DNA of 64,000 nucleotides, from contig DAINOD010000007.1 of assembly GCA_036735545.1 (NCBI GenBank), forward strand, positions 2,972 to 66,971, given 5' to 3'. Every line of letters begins with the position of its first letter. The stretch's first letter is position 1. Shown here piece after piece: positions 37,918 to 46,708 of this stretch. Source of the stretch: Rubrimonas sp. Its GTDB lineage: Bacteria; Pseudomonadota; Alphaproteobacteria; Rhodobacterales; Rhodobacteraceae. The position numbers were made by a program, and so were the translations under genes. The notes below the pieces were generated by a model that worked only from the letters and a program-made list of their open reading frames with translations, searched no databases and was not told where the DNA came from.

Positions 37918-39327
37918 TCAGCGGCTCCGGCCGAAAAGCGGGCCCAGCAGATCGCGGCGAACCACGATCTCGGCGGGTGCGTTGAAGGGCAGGGCCTCGC
38001 GCGCGGCCCCGGCGGTCATGCCGCTCGCCTCGATGGTGACGATCATCCCGAAAACGTCCGGGGCCGAAGGGTCGGCCCCCGCCTCGACCGCCGCCACGCG
38101 CCCTTCGATCTCCCGCGCCACGCCGCTGCTGCGCAGCAGGATATCGGCCCGCATGCCGATCCGCACCGATCCGGCCAGTCGGTCGTCGAGCCAGCCGCGC
38201 ACCATCCGCGGCGCGTCGGTTTCGAACACGGCGACGGGGTCGCCGGCGCGCACGTATTGCCCCTCGCGCGTCAGCCATTGAACGACGAGGCCGACGGCCG
38301 GCGCCGAGAGATTCATGTACTGTTCGGTCTGGCGCAGTCGCCGCAGATCGGCGACGGCGCGGTCCCGGTCGTTCTCGACGGAGCGCAACGTCGCCTCGAG
38401 CGCCGCGCGCCGATCATTGTGGTCGCCCTGCCGGAGGGGAACGCCCGCATCGAAGCGGCGCAGCGCCGAGGCCGAGTAGAGCCTCTCAACCATGGCGCGC
38501 GCCTCCTCGCGCACCGCGTCATGCGCGGCCAGCCGCGCGCGCGCCTCCGCCGCCATCGTCTCGAGCGCGGCATGCCGCGCGTCGACGTCCGCCAGCGCCT
38601 CCTCGCCCTCCGGCTTCTCGACGCGGGCCAGCACGGTCCCTTCCTGCGTGACGCTGTCCTGCGTCGCGAGCTGGCGGAGATAGCCTTCGCGCGGCGCGGT
38701 CAGCACGAGGCGCTCGGCCGTGACGCGGGCGTGCGACAGCGTCATGCCCTCGATGCGGCTCCAGGCGAGCGAGCCGACGAACCAGACGACCGCCACGAAC
38801 AGGCCCAGATGCCACGCGATGTTCAGCGCCGCGCGAAAGAAGCGGGGACGGGCGCGGGCGACGCCCGCGGCCTTCTCCGCCTCGGTCTCGCCCATCGGGA
38901 TCAGATCGACGGGGGTGTCGAGCGCGGTGATCACCTCCTCGGTTGCGGCCATCCTGCCGACCATGAGGTTGCGGTAGAACAGGCCGAGCGCCTCCCGCTG
39001 GCGGCCGGTCAGACCCTCGAAGGGCCGGAAGCCGCCCTCGCCCACGGGGCCGAACGCCACCGGGAAGCCGACTTCGACGCCCTGGAAGGGGATGAGCAGC
39101 CGCGCCCCGCCCAGATCGCGCCTGGACGGCGCGTCGTCGTAGACGCCCGAGAGCGACCAGCGTCGCACCATGAGCCGCCGGCCGTCCGGCAGGCCGATCA
39201 CGAGCGGCGCGACGACGGTGTGCTCGGTTTCCGGCGCCGGGCGCTCATGCCTGATCTGCACGCCGGAGGGCGCCGCCTCGAAGGTCCCAGGCGCATCGCG
39301 GTCGGCGGCCTGCAAGGGCGTGGTCAT
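37918..39327 (-). CDS. alg44: Alg44-like co-polymerase: PilZ-like N-domain, one TM, HlyD/membrane-fusion-like periplasmic domain
   Basis: ORF 37918..39354 (TTG). ATG at 39327 has a GGGAG 7 nt upstream. N-domain segments RRWSLSGV, LLIPFQGVEVGFPVAF and FEGLTGRQREALGLFYRNLMVGRMA parallel Alg44 DLSAGGF, LLFQVDSISFSLEVEF and FQNLKPREVAALRYLITSYLAGEV. TM AWHLGLFVAVVWFVGSLAW, then a coiled-coil/barrel MFP-like region. The stop is 1 nt from the alg8-like start. Confidence 0.65.
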   Translation of the reverse strand: MTTPLQAADRDAPGTFEAAPSGVQIRHERPAPETEHTVVAPLVIGLPDGRRLMVRRWSLSGVYDDAPSRRDLGGARLLIPFQGVEVGFPVAFGPVGEGGFRPFEGLTGRQREALGLFYRNLMVGRMAATEEVITALDTPVDLIPMGETEAEKAAGVARARPRFFRAALNIAWHLGLFVAVVWFVGSLAWSRIEGMTLSHARVTAERLVLTAPREGYLRQLATQDSVTQEGTVLARVEKPEGEEALADVDARHAALETMAAEARARLAAHDAVREEARAMVERLYSASALRRFDAGVPLRQGDHNDRRAALEATLRSVENDRDRAVADLRRLRQTEQYMNLSAPAVGLVVQWLTREGQYVRAGDPVAVFETDAPRMVRGWLDDRLAGSVRIGMRADILLRSSGVAREIEGRVAAVEAGADPSAPDVFGMIVTIEASGMTAGAAREALPFNAPAEIVVRRDLLGPLFGRSR

Positions 39328-39961
39328 GGCGGCGCTCCCTTCCGTCTCGGTCAAACCGCAGATAACCCAAGCGGGCCGCCTGCGCCGCGCCGATCAGGGA
39401 TGGGCGCAGGGCGCGCCCGGCTCGATCCCCTGTCCGAAAGGATAGGTCCCGCCGCGACCGACCGCGCGGGCCAAGGCTTCAGGCCGGCCGCCCAGCGCTC
39501 ATCGCGGAGACCTCGGCGACGCGCCCGTCCAGCGGCGGCGTCCCGATCTTCCGATGCGTCGACAGCCTGCCGTGCTGCGATGTGGACGGCGTCGAACCGT
39601 TCGGCGTCGGGCTGAGCCACATGATCGCCGTCGCCATCGGCGACACGATCCCTGGCGCCGAACGTGGCCGCGCGCAGGACGAAAGAACGGCGGTGGCGCG
39701 GCTGAACGCTCGCAGCGCGGCGCAGGCGTAGAAGACCGCCGCGCGTCTGGGCGGCTGGTCGCTGACGGTGATCGGCGACGTCGAGGCACTGGGGCGGCGC
39801 GGCCCCCGAGCAGTCCCGCTCGCGCCGTTCGCCGACGATGCAGCCTGACGCGCAGCCGACCGCGACCCTACCCGTTCGGATAGGGCGACCCTCCCGTCGC
39901 GCGCTGGCCTTCGCGACCGTGGGGCGTAAGGTGGCGATCGTCCGGGTGGAAGGATCGAACG

Positions 39962-41140
39962 GTGCGCATCGCGACAGCCAGATCCGTCGCCCGGTCGGCG
40001 ACGCAGGCGGCCGAGGAACTCGCGGCGGAGCTGGGCGTCGACACCCTTGGCGCCCCGGACTTCCTCGCGGTCCACTTCTCGGCGGGCATCGACGCCGAGG
40101 CGTTGCGTGGGGCCGCCTTGGCGCGGTTGGGGACGGCGACGCTCCACGGCGGGTCGTCCTGCCTTGGGGTCATGTCCCAAGCGGGCGTGGACATCGAGGG
40201 CGGCGTCGGCGCGCTCGCGATCTGGGATCAGGCTGGCGACTATGGCGTTGCGTCGGCCACGCTCGGCGCGGACGCGCGCGAGGCCGCGCGCACGGCCGCC
40301 ACGGCGGCGCTCACGGCGGCGGGGCGGCCCGGCGAAATGCCCGAGCTGGTCTGGCTGTCGGTCGCCCCGGGGCGGGAGGAGGAGGCGCTGGCGGGTCTGC
40401 GGGACGCTCTCGGGCCCGACGCGCTGATCGTCGGGGGCAGTTCCGCCGACGATCATGTGAGCGGCGGCTGGCGGCAGTTCGGGCCTGAGGCCTCACACGC
40501 CGACGGCGTCGTGGTCTCGACGCTGTTTCCCTCGGCCCCTGTGGTGTCGATCTATCAGAGCGGCTACGCGCCGACCGGCGAAAGCGGCGTCGTCACCCGT
40601 GTCGACGGGCGACGCCTCTACGAGATCGACGGCCGGTCGGCCGCCGAGATCTATGGCCGCTGGACCGGCGGCGCGGTCCCCGCGGCGACCGACGCGCCCG
40701 TCTCGATCCTCGCCGCCGCCACACTCTGGCCGCTCGGGCGGGTGACGCGCCATGTGGCGGGCGTGCCGTTCCACCTGCTGGCGCATCCGGCGGCCGCGCA
40801 CCCCGACGGATCGCTGGACCTGTTCGCCGACGTCGCGGTCGGCGATCGGCTCTGGCAGATGCAGGGATCGGGCGACAGCCTCGTGGCGCGCGCGGGCCGG
40901 ATCGCGCGACAGGCGCGCGAGCAGGCGGGCGGGACCGTGCGCGGCGCGCTGATCGTCTATTGCGGCGGCTGCATGCTCGCGGTGCGCGAGCGGATGCACG
41001 AGGTCCGCGCCGGCGTCGAGGCCGCGCTGGGTGGCGCGCCCTGGCTCGGGGTGTTCACTTTCGGGGAACAGGGCGCGCCGCTGGGCGGGCGGTCCGAACA
41101 CGGCAACCTGATGATCTCCTGCACCGCTTTCGGAGGTTGA
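39962..41140 (+). CDS. stand-alone FIST_N + FIST_C protein (same architecture as the NO sensor NosP)
   Basis: ORF 39962..41140 (GTG after GGAAGGA). FIST-like PDFLAVHFSAGIDAEALRGAALARLGTATLHGGSSCLGVM. FIST_C-like GALIVYCGGCMLAV..LGVFTFGEQG..HGNLMISCTAF. No output domain. Confidence 0.7.
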   Translation: MRIATARSVARSATQAAEELAAELGVDTLGAPDFLAVHFSAGIDAEALRGAALARLGTATLHGGSSCLGVMSQAGVDIEGGVGALAIWDQAGDYGVASATLGADAREAARTAATAALTAAGRPGEMPELVWLSVAPGREEEALAGLRDALGPDALIVGGSSADDHVSGGWRQFGPEASHADGVVVSTLFPSAPVVSIYQSGYAPTGESGVVTRVDGRRLYEIDGRSAAEIYGRWTGGAVPAATDAPVSILAAATLWPLGRVTRHVAGVPFHLLAHPAAAHPDGSLDLFADVAVGDRLWQMQGSGDSLVARAGRIARQAREQAGGTVRGALIVYCGGCMLAVRERMHEVRAGVEAALGGAPWLGVFTFGEQGAPLGGRSEHGNLMISCTAFGG

Positions 41141-41143
41141 GGC

Positions 41144-41695
41144 ATGAAGGGCGTCATCTTCGTCGAACTCCTCGCCATGGCGGAGGACGCTTTCGGCGAG
41201 GCGGTGGTCGACCGCGTGATCGAGGCTGCGCGGCTGCCGTCAGGCGCCGCCTACACGAGGACCGGCAATTACCCCTGCGAGGAACTGCTGACGCTTGTCC
41301 GCGCCTTCGCGGCGTTGGACGGGAGCTCCGAGGACGCTCTCCAGCGCTCTTTCGGTCATTGGACCATGCGGAGCTTCGAGCGGCACTATCCCCGGTTCTT
41401 CTCCGGTCACGCCGGCAGCCTCGACATGCTGTCGGGGATCGAGGACGATATCCACGCCGAAGTGCGCAAGCTTTATCCCGACGCGGACCTTCCCAGCTTC
41501 GAGACGGTGCGACATGGCCCCGACGCGCTGGACATGACCTACAGGTCGCCCCGCCCGCTCGCCGCGTTCTGCCACGGGCTGATCGAGGCGTGCGTCGAGC
41601 ATTTCGGCGAGCGCGCGCGCATCGAGCGCCGCGACCCCGGCGTCGAGAACCGGACGGAGGCGCGCTTCAGCATCCGGACCGCCCCTCCGGAATGA
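41144..41695 (+). CDS. hnoX: H-NOX (heme nitric oxide/oxygen binding) protein
   Basis: ORF 41144..41695. MKGVIFVELLAMAEDAFGEAVVDRVI N-terminus. Candidate proximal His104 (IEDDIHAEVRKLYP, nt 41453-41455). Y133-R-S135-P-R137 = YxSxR heme-propionate motif (nt 41540-41554). 183 aa, starts 3 nt after the FIST gene. Confidence 0.8.
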   Translation: MKGVIFVELLAMAEDAFGEAVVDRVIEAARLPSGAAYTRTGNYPCEELLTLVRAFAALDGSSEDALQRSFGHWTMRSFERHYPRFFSGHAGSLDMLSGIEDDIHAEVRKLYPDADLPSFETVRHGPDALDMTYRSPRPLAAFCHGLIEACVEHFGERARIERRDPGVENRTEARFSIRTAPPE

Positions 41696-44600
41696 GCGAG
41701 CGCGACCCGGCGGCTCCGGTCTCCCGGGCGCGCTACGAGCGCGAGCGGCGCGCGCGCGCCGAAGCGGAGGCCCTGCTCGAGACCAAGAGCCGCGAACTCT
41801 TCGAGGCGAGCCGCCGCCTGGTGCTGGAGAGCGAGGCCGTGCGCGCCGCGCTGGCCGAGACCCACGCCCTGCGCGCGCGCGAGGCCGAGGCGCTTGAGGA
41901 GCAGTCGATCTTGTCCGGCGCCCTGGCCGCGCTGTCGGGGCGCGACGGCGCGGCCGAGGCCATGCAGGCGCTGCTCGAGACCCTGCGCTCGGGTTTCTCG
42001 GCCTCCCTGGCCTGCTACGTGCAGGCGGCGGGACCGACGCTGCGCATCGCGGCCAGCGCAGGCGCCGGCGGCGCCGGGACCGACCTGCCCGTTGCTGCCG
42101 GGCTGATCGACCGGCCGCGCCGCATCGCGGGGCTCGCGGCTCTCGCCGATGGCCGCCCCCTGCCGGGGCGCATCGCCGACTGCGCCGCCGTTCTCGTGGC
42201 GCCGCTCAGGCTGCCCGAGGAGGCGGCGGGCGCGCTGCTGCTGGGCGCGACCGAGGCGGGTGGTTTCTCGGCCGCCAGACTACGCCTGCTTGACCGCGTG
42301 GCGGCGGTGGCGACGCCTGCGCTGACAGCGCTCCGAGCCGCGCGGCGCAACGCGCTGCTGGTCTCCCTTATCGAGGGGCGGCCGATAGCGGGCGAAGGCG
42401 GCGTGCTCGACACCCCCCTGGAAGCCGTGCACCGGGCCTTCGCCAGGCTGACCGACATGCAGGGCGAGGTCGTGGGGGTCCTCGACGCGCTGCTCGGCGC
42501 TCCGCTGGCCGAGGCGGACGCGGCGATCGAGGCGGCGCTGGCCCGGATGGGAGCGCTGACGCGCAGCGACCGCGTCCATGTCGTCAGATTCAGCGACGAC
42601 GGAGACGCCGGCGGGACCAGCCACGCATGGCGCCGGCGCGGGGCAAGGGCCTTGCGCGAGGGGCCCGAGGGTATCCCCGCCGCGACAATGGCCGCCTGGC
42701 GGGAGGCCTTCGGCGACGGGCGCGACGTGCTCATCCCCGACGTGACGATCATGCCTGACGATGCTCCGGAGAAGGCGATCCTGCTCGGCCAGGGCGTCCG
42801 CTCCCTGTTCGGCACGCCCATGATCGATCACGGCGCGCTGCGCGGGATCGTCTGCTACGAAACGGCGACGGCGCAGCGCAGCCTGCTGCCCGGCGAGGTC
42901 TATCTGATCCGCTCCGTGGCGAGGGTCATCGCGACGCTGCTGGCGAGGCGCGACGCCGAGGCGGCGCTTCACGCCGCCAATGCCGAGACCGAGGCCGAGC
43001 GCGCCCGGCTGCAGTCCGTTCTGGCGGCGATGCCCGACCTGCTGATCGAACTCGATCGCGACGGCCAGACTGTAGGCTGGCGCTCTGGCGAAGGCGTCCG
43101 GCCTGCCGCCTTCGCCGCCGGAGCAGAGGGCCGCACGCCGGAGCAGGCGCTGCCCGAGCCTCTCGCGGCGCACGCGCGCGCCATGACCGTCGAGATCGAC
43201 GCCGGCCGCCGGCCTCAGCCGCGCGTGTTCGCCCATCCTCCAGACGGCGACGCGGCGCGCTGGTGGCAGGTCTCGGCCTCGGCGCTGGCGGAGCGCGGCT
43301 ATCTGCTGGTGCTGCGCGACGTCACCGAGGCGCGCGCGCAAACGGCCCTCATCGAGCGCCTCTCCGAGATCGCGCGGCGCACGACCAACCTCGTGGTGGT
43401 CACCGACGCCGAACGGCGCATCGAGTGGGTGAACGCGGCCTTCGAGCGCGCCACGGGCTGGCGGCTCGATGAGGTGCGGGGCGACGGCGCGGGCCGCCTG
43501 CTGCAATGCGAGGCCACCGATCCGGCGACCGTGGCGCGGCTTCGCGCGGCGCTCGACGCGGGCGAGGCGATACAGGCCGAGATCCTCAACCGCGCGCGCG
43601 ACGGCCGACACTACTGGGTTGCGCTCGACATCCAGCCGCTGCGCGACGCCGCGGGCGCCCTGCAGGGTTTCATGGCCGTGGAGATCGACGTCACCGAACG
43701 CCGCGCCCAGGCCGACGCGCTGCGCGCCGCCGCCGACGATGCAGCGCGGGCGCGCGCGACGCTGGAGGCTGCGGTGGGAGCGCTGCAGGACGGCTTCGCG
43801 CTCTACGACGCCGAGGACAGGCTCGTGATCTGCAACGAGCGCTACCGTCAGGTCTATCCCCGCTCCGCCGAAGCCATCCGGCCGGGCGAAACCTTCGAGG
43901 CGATCCTGCGCGCGGGCCTCGCGCTGGGGGAGTACGCCGACGCCGTGGGGCGCGAGGAGGATTGGCTCGCCGAGCGCCTCGCCCGCCACCGCGCACCCTA
44001 CAACGAGGTGGAGCAGCGGCTCTCGGATGGCCGGTGGCTGCGCGTCTTCGAGAAGGCGACCCCCGACGGCGGGCGGGTCGGCCTGCGGGTCGACATCACG
44101 GCGCTGAAGCGCGCCGAGCAGCGGGCGCTCGCCGACCGCTCCGCCGCCATGGAGGCGAGCCAGGACGGCATCGCCATCACCGACGCCGAGGGGCGGTTCG
44201 TCTACATGAACCGCGCACACCTCGCCCTGTTCGGGTTTGACGACGAGGCGCAGGTGATCGGCCGCCCGTGGAGCATCCTCTACGCGCCCGACGCGGCGCG
44301 GTGGATGGAGGCGAACGCGCTTCCCGCGCTTCGGCGCACGGGGCGCTGGTCGGGCGAGATCATGGGCCGCGCCCGAGACGGCGCGCCGGTGGACCAGGAC
44401 GTGTCGCTCACGCTGAAGGACGACGGCGGAATCCTGTGCATCGTGCGCGACATGCTTTTCCGTCGCCGCGAGGCGGAGGAGCGCGAGCGGCTGCGCGAGG
44501 AACTCCGGCTCTCGCAGCGCCGCGAGATCATCGGGCGGACGGCGGCGGGGCTCGCGCACGATTTCAACAACCTGCTTGCGGCGATTTCGGGCGGCGCCGC

Positions 44601-45648
44601 GCTCATCGAGGCGGGGGCCGAGGCGGGCGGGGTCGCCGCCGCCGGGGCCGCGCGCATCCAGAAGGCGGCCGATCAGGCGGCGGGCCTCGTGCGGCGGCTG
44701 CTGTCGCTCGGCGCGCGGCCCCAGCCGAGCGCGCCGCTCGACATGCGAAAGACGCTGGTCGAGGCGGGTCAACTTGTGCGCGCCGGCCTGCGGGCTCCCG
44801 CGCGCCTGCGCGTCGAGACGCCCGATGCGCCGATGATGGCGCTGGCGGACGCCACCGATGTCCTTCAGGTGGCGCTGAACCTCGCCATCAACGCCCGCGA
44901 CGCGCTTGGCGGGGCCGCGGGCGAGATCGTCCTCGCGCTGAGCGAGGCGCGGAGCGACGATCTGGCGGGCCCTTTCGTCGCGGGCGCGGTGGACCCGAGG
45001 CGGCCCTATCTGCTGCTGAGCGTTCGCGACGATGGGCCCGGCATGACCCCCGAGCTCGCGGCTCAGGTTTTCAGGCCCTATTTCACCACCAAGGGCGACG
45101 AAGGCTCGGGACTGGGCCTCGCCGTCGTCGCGTCGGTCGTCACGGCCCATGGCGGGGCGGTCCGGCTCGATACCGCGCCGGGGCGCGGCGCGCGCTTCGA
45201 CGTGTTGTGGCCGGCGGCGGACGGCGCAGCGCCGACCGCCGCCGGAGCGGTCGACGGGCTGAGCGGGCGGCTCGACGGCCGGGCCGTCCTCGTCGTCGAC
45301 GACGATCACGACGTGCTCGCGACGCATGTCGCGATCCTGGAGGCGGCCGGGGCGGAGGTCGCGCCGTCCACCGATCCGGCGGATGCGCTGGAGGCGCTTG
45401 TCGAGGATCCGGACGCCTGGGACCTGCTGGTGACCGACTTCGACATGCCCGGCATGACCGGCGCCGAACTCACCGGGCGCGCACGCGCGATAGTTCCCCG
45501 GCTGCCCGTGGTGCTTGTGACCGCGCTGGCGGGCGCCGGGTGGCGCGAGGGAGCGACCTTCGACGCCGTGCTGCCCAAGCCCGTGGGGCGCGAGGCGCTT
45601 GTCATCGCCGTCGAGACGGCGATACTCGCGCGGCGAGACAAGGTTTGA
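41692..45648 (+). CDS. cytoplasmic hybrid sensor histidine kinase (coiled coil, 2 GAF-like, ~4 PAS, HisKA, HATPase_c, receiver)
   Basis: Part of ORF 40960..45648. ATG at 41692 overlaps the H-NOX TGA (ATGA). No TM segment. PAS-like blocks (e.g. NLVVVTDAERRIEWVNAAFERATGW; DGFALYDAEDRLVICNERYRQVYP; DGIAITDAEGRFVYMNRAHLALFGF). H-box AAGLAHDFNNLLAAI, G-box GDEGSGLGLAVV. Receiver VLVVDDDHDVL..LLVTDFDMPGMTG..LPKPV. Confidence 0.85.
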   Translation: MSERDPAAPVSRARYERERRARAEAEALLETKSRELFEASRRLVLESEAVRAALAETHALRAREAEALEEQSILSGALAALSGRDGAAEAMQALLETLRSGFSASLACYVQAAGPTLRIAASAGAGGAGTDLPVAAGLIDRPRRIAGLAALADGRPLPGRIADCAAVLVAPLRLPEEAAGALLLGATEAGGFSAARLRLLDRVAAVATPALTALRAARRNALLVSLIEGRPIAGEGGVLDTPLEAVHRAFARLTDMQGEVVGVLDALLGAPLAEADAAIEAALARMGALTRSDRVHVVRFSDDGDAGGTSHAWRRRGARALREGPEGIPAATMAAWREAFGDGRDVLIPDVTIMPDDAPEKAILLGQGVRSLFGTPMIDHGALRGIVCYETATAQRSLLPGEVYLIRSVARVIATLLARRDAEAALHAANAETEAERARLQSVLAAMPDLLIELDRDGQTVGWRSGEGVRPAAFAAGAEGRTPEQALPEPLAAHARAMTVEIDAGRRPQPRVFAHPPDGDAARWWQVSASALAERGYLLVLRDVTEARAQTALIERLSEIARRTTNLVVVTDAERRIEWVNAAFERATGWRLDEVRGDGAGRLLQCEATDPATVARLRAALDAGEAIQAEILNRARDGRHYWVALDIQPLRDAAGALQGFMAVEIDVTERRAQADALRAAADDAARARATLEAAVGALQDGFALYDAEDRLVICNERYRQVYPRSAEAIRPGETFEAILRAGLALGEYADAVGREEDWLAERLARHRAPYNEVEQRLSDGRWLRVFEKATPDGGRVGLRVDITALKRAEQRALADRSAAMEASQDGIAITDAEGRFVYMNRAHLALFGFDDEAQVIGRPWSILYAPDAARWMEANALPALRRTGRWSGEIMGRARDGAPVDQDVSLTLKDDGGILCIVRDMLFRRREAEERERLREELRLSQRREIIGRTAAGLAHDFNNLLAAISGGAALIEAGAEAGGVAAAGAARIQKAADQAAGLVRRLLSLGARPQPSAPLDMRKTLVEAGQLVRAGLRAPARLRVETPDAPMMALADATDVLQVALNLAINARDALGGAAGEIVLALSEARSDDLAGPFVAGAVDPRRPYLLLSVRDDGPGMTPELAAQVFRPYFTTKGDEGSGLGLAVVASVVTAHGGAVRLDTAPGRGARFDVLWPAADGAAPTAAGAVDGLSGRLDGRAVLVVDDDHDVLATHVAILEAAGAEVAPSTDPADALEALVEDPDAWDLLVTDFDMPGMTGAELTGRARAIVPRLPVVLVTALAGAGWREGATFDAVLPKPVGREALVIAVETAILARRDKV

Positions 45649-45653
45649 CAGAA

Positions 45654-46271
45654 ATGCGCGTGCTGATCGCCGATGACCACGACCTGTTGCGCGACACCCT
45701 CGAACTGTGGTTCCGGCAAGAGAAGATCGACGTCGTCTCGGCGCGCGACCTCGACGCCGCGATGGCGGCCGTGGCGGCGGCCACCGAACCCTTCGACCTG
45801 ATCTTGCTCGACTACACCATGCCCGGCATGAACGGGCTCGACGGGCTTGGCCGCGCGCTGCGGGAGGGCGGCGGGACGCGCGTCGCCATCATGTCGGGGA
45901 GCGCCCCGCGCGAGGTGGCCGAGCGCGCGCTCGAGTCCGGCGCCTCCGGCTTCCTGCCCAAGACGCTGCCCGCCCGCACGCTGGTCAACGCCGTCCGCTT
46001 CATGGCGATGGGCGAGCAGTACGCGCCGGTCGACTTCATGACCGCGCCGCCCGAGGCGACGCCGGTCAACCCGCTCGCGGAGCGGCTGACCGCGCGCGAG
46101 TTGGACGTGCTGGAGAAGCTCTGCGAAGGGCTCGCCAACAAGGAGATCGCCCGCGCCCTCGGCATCCAGGAGCCCACGGTCAAGCTCCACATGAAGACGC
46201 TCTATCGCAAGATCGGCGCGAGCAACCGCACCCAGGCCGCGATGATGGCGAAACAGGCGGGCTTGTTCTAG
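45654..46271 (+). CDS. NarL/FixJ (LuxR-type HTH) response regulator
   Basis: Last 205 codons of ORF 44268..46271. ATG 5 nt after the kinase stop. Receiver MRVLIADDHDLLRD..LILLDYTMPGMNG..LPKTL. HTH LTARELDVLEKLCEGLANKEIARALGIQEPTVKLHMKTLYRKIG. Confidence 0.9.
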   Translation: MRVLIADDHDLLRDTLELWFRQEKIDVVSARDLDAAMAAVAAATEPFDLILLDYTMPGMNGLDGLGRALREGGGTRVAIMSGSAPREVAERALESGASGFLPKTLPARTLVNAVRFMAMGEQYAPVDFMTAPPEATPVNPLAERLTARELDVLEKLCEGLANKEIARALGIQEPTVKLHMKTLYRKIGASNRTQAAMMAKQAGLF

Positions 46272-46708
46272 CGGCCTTCAGGCGCAGTCCGGCGGTCTGT
46301 CAGGGTCGGGGCGAAGATCGTCATGCGTGAATGGAAGACCCTGAGCCGCCTTCTCGCCTTTGACGCCGCCCCCTACCTGCGGTTGTTCCGCGAGCAGGTC
46401 GAGGTGGCGACGGGACGGATTCGCCGCTCTGACGCCGTCGGAGGTCGATGCGGCGCTGGACGGCGGCAGGTTCGGCGTCATCCGCCATGTCGCCGCCTGG
46501 CGCCTCGCCCGCCGGCGTCCTGCGTTTACGGCGGCGTGACCGGCTAGGCCGCCTATCCTTTCGGGCAGCCCGCCGCCCCGAACGACGTCCCAACCGACGC
46601 CAGCGCAGGGGGCGACGCCCCGGCCGCGCCCCGCGCCCATCCCGGGGCGCGCGGGCGCCGCGCCGTCGCTGCTGGCACACGGTCTCCAACGCAACAGGAG
46701 ATCCCGCC

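Noticed and set aside
37918-39327. HlyD-like protein considered as the membrane-fusion partner of a T1SS for the RTX protein.
   Set aside because: Its N-terminus parallels the Alg44 PilZ domain, and it is coupled (1-nt gap) to the Alg8-like GT2 gene. No ABC or TolC gene is adjacent.
42280-45327. 1015-aa minus-strand ORF, and 44268..46271 read as one 667-aa plus ORF.
   Set aside because: The first is antisense to the hybrid kinase. The second is out-of-frame junk over the kinase 3' end, and only its last 205 codons (from 45654) form the LuxR-type regulator.
40960-45648. Single 1562-aa ORF suggesting the kinase starts at 40960.
   Set aside because: Its first ~244 aa are Arg/Gly-rich and overlap the FIST and H-NOX genes in another frame. 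A clean ATG at 41692 overlaps the H-NOX stop, and protein-like sequence begins there.
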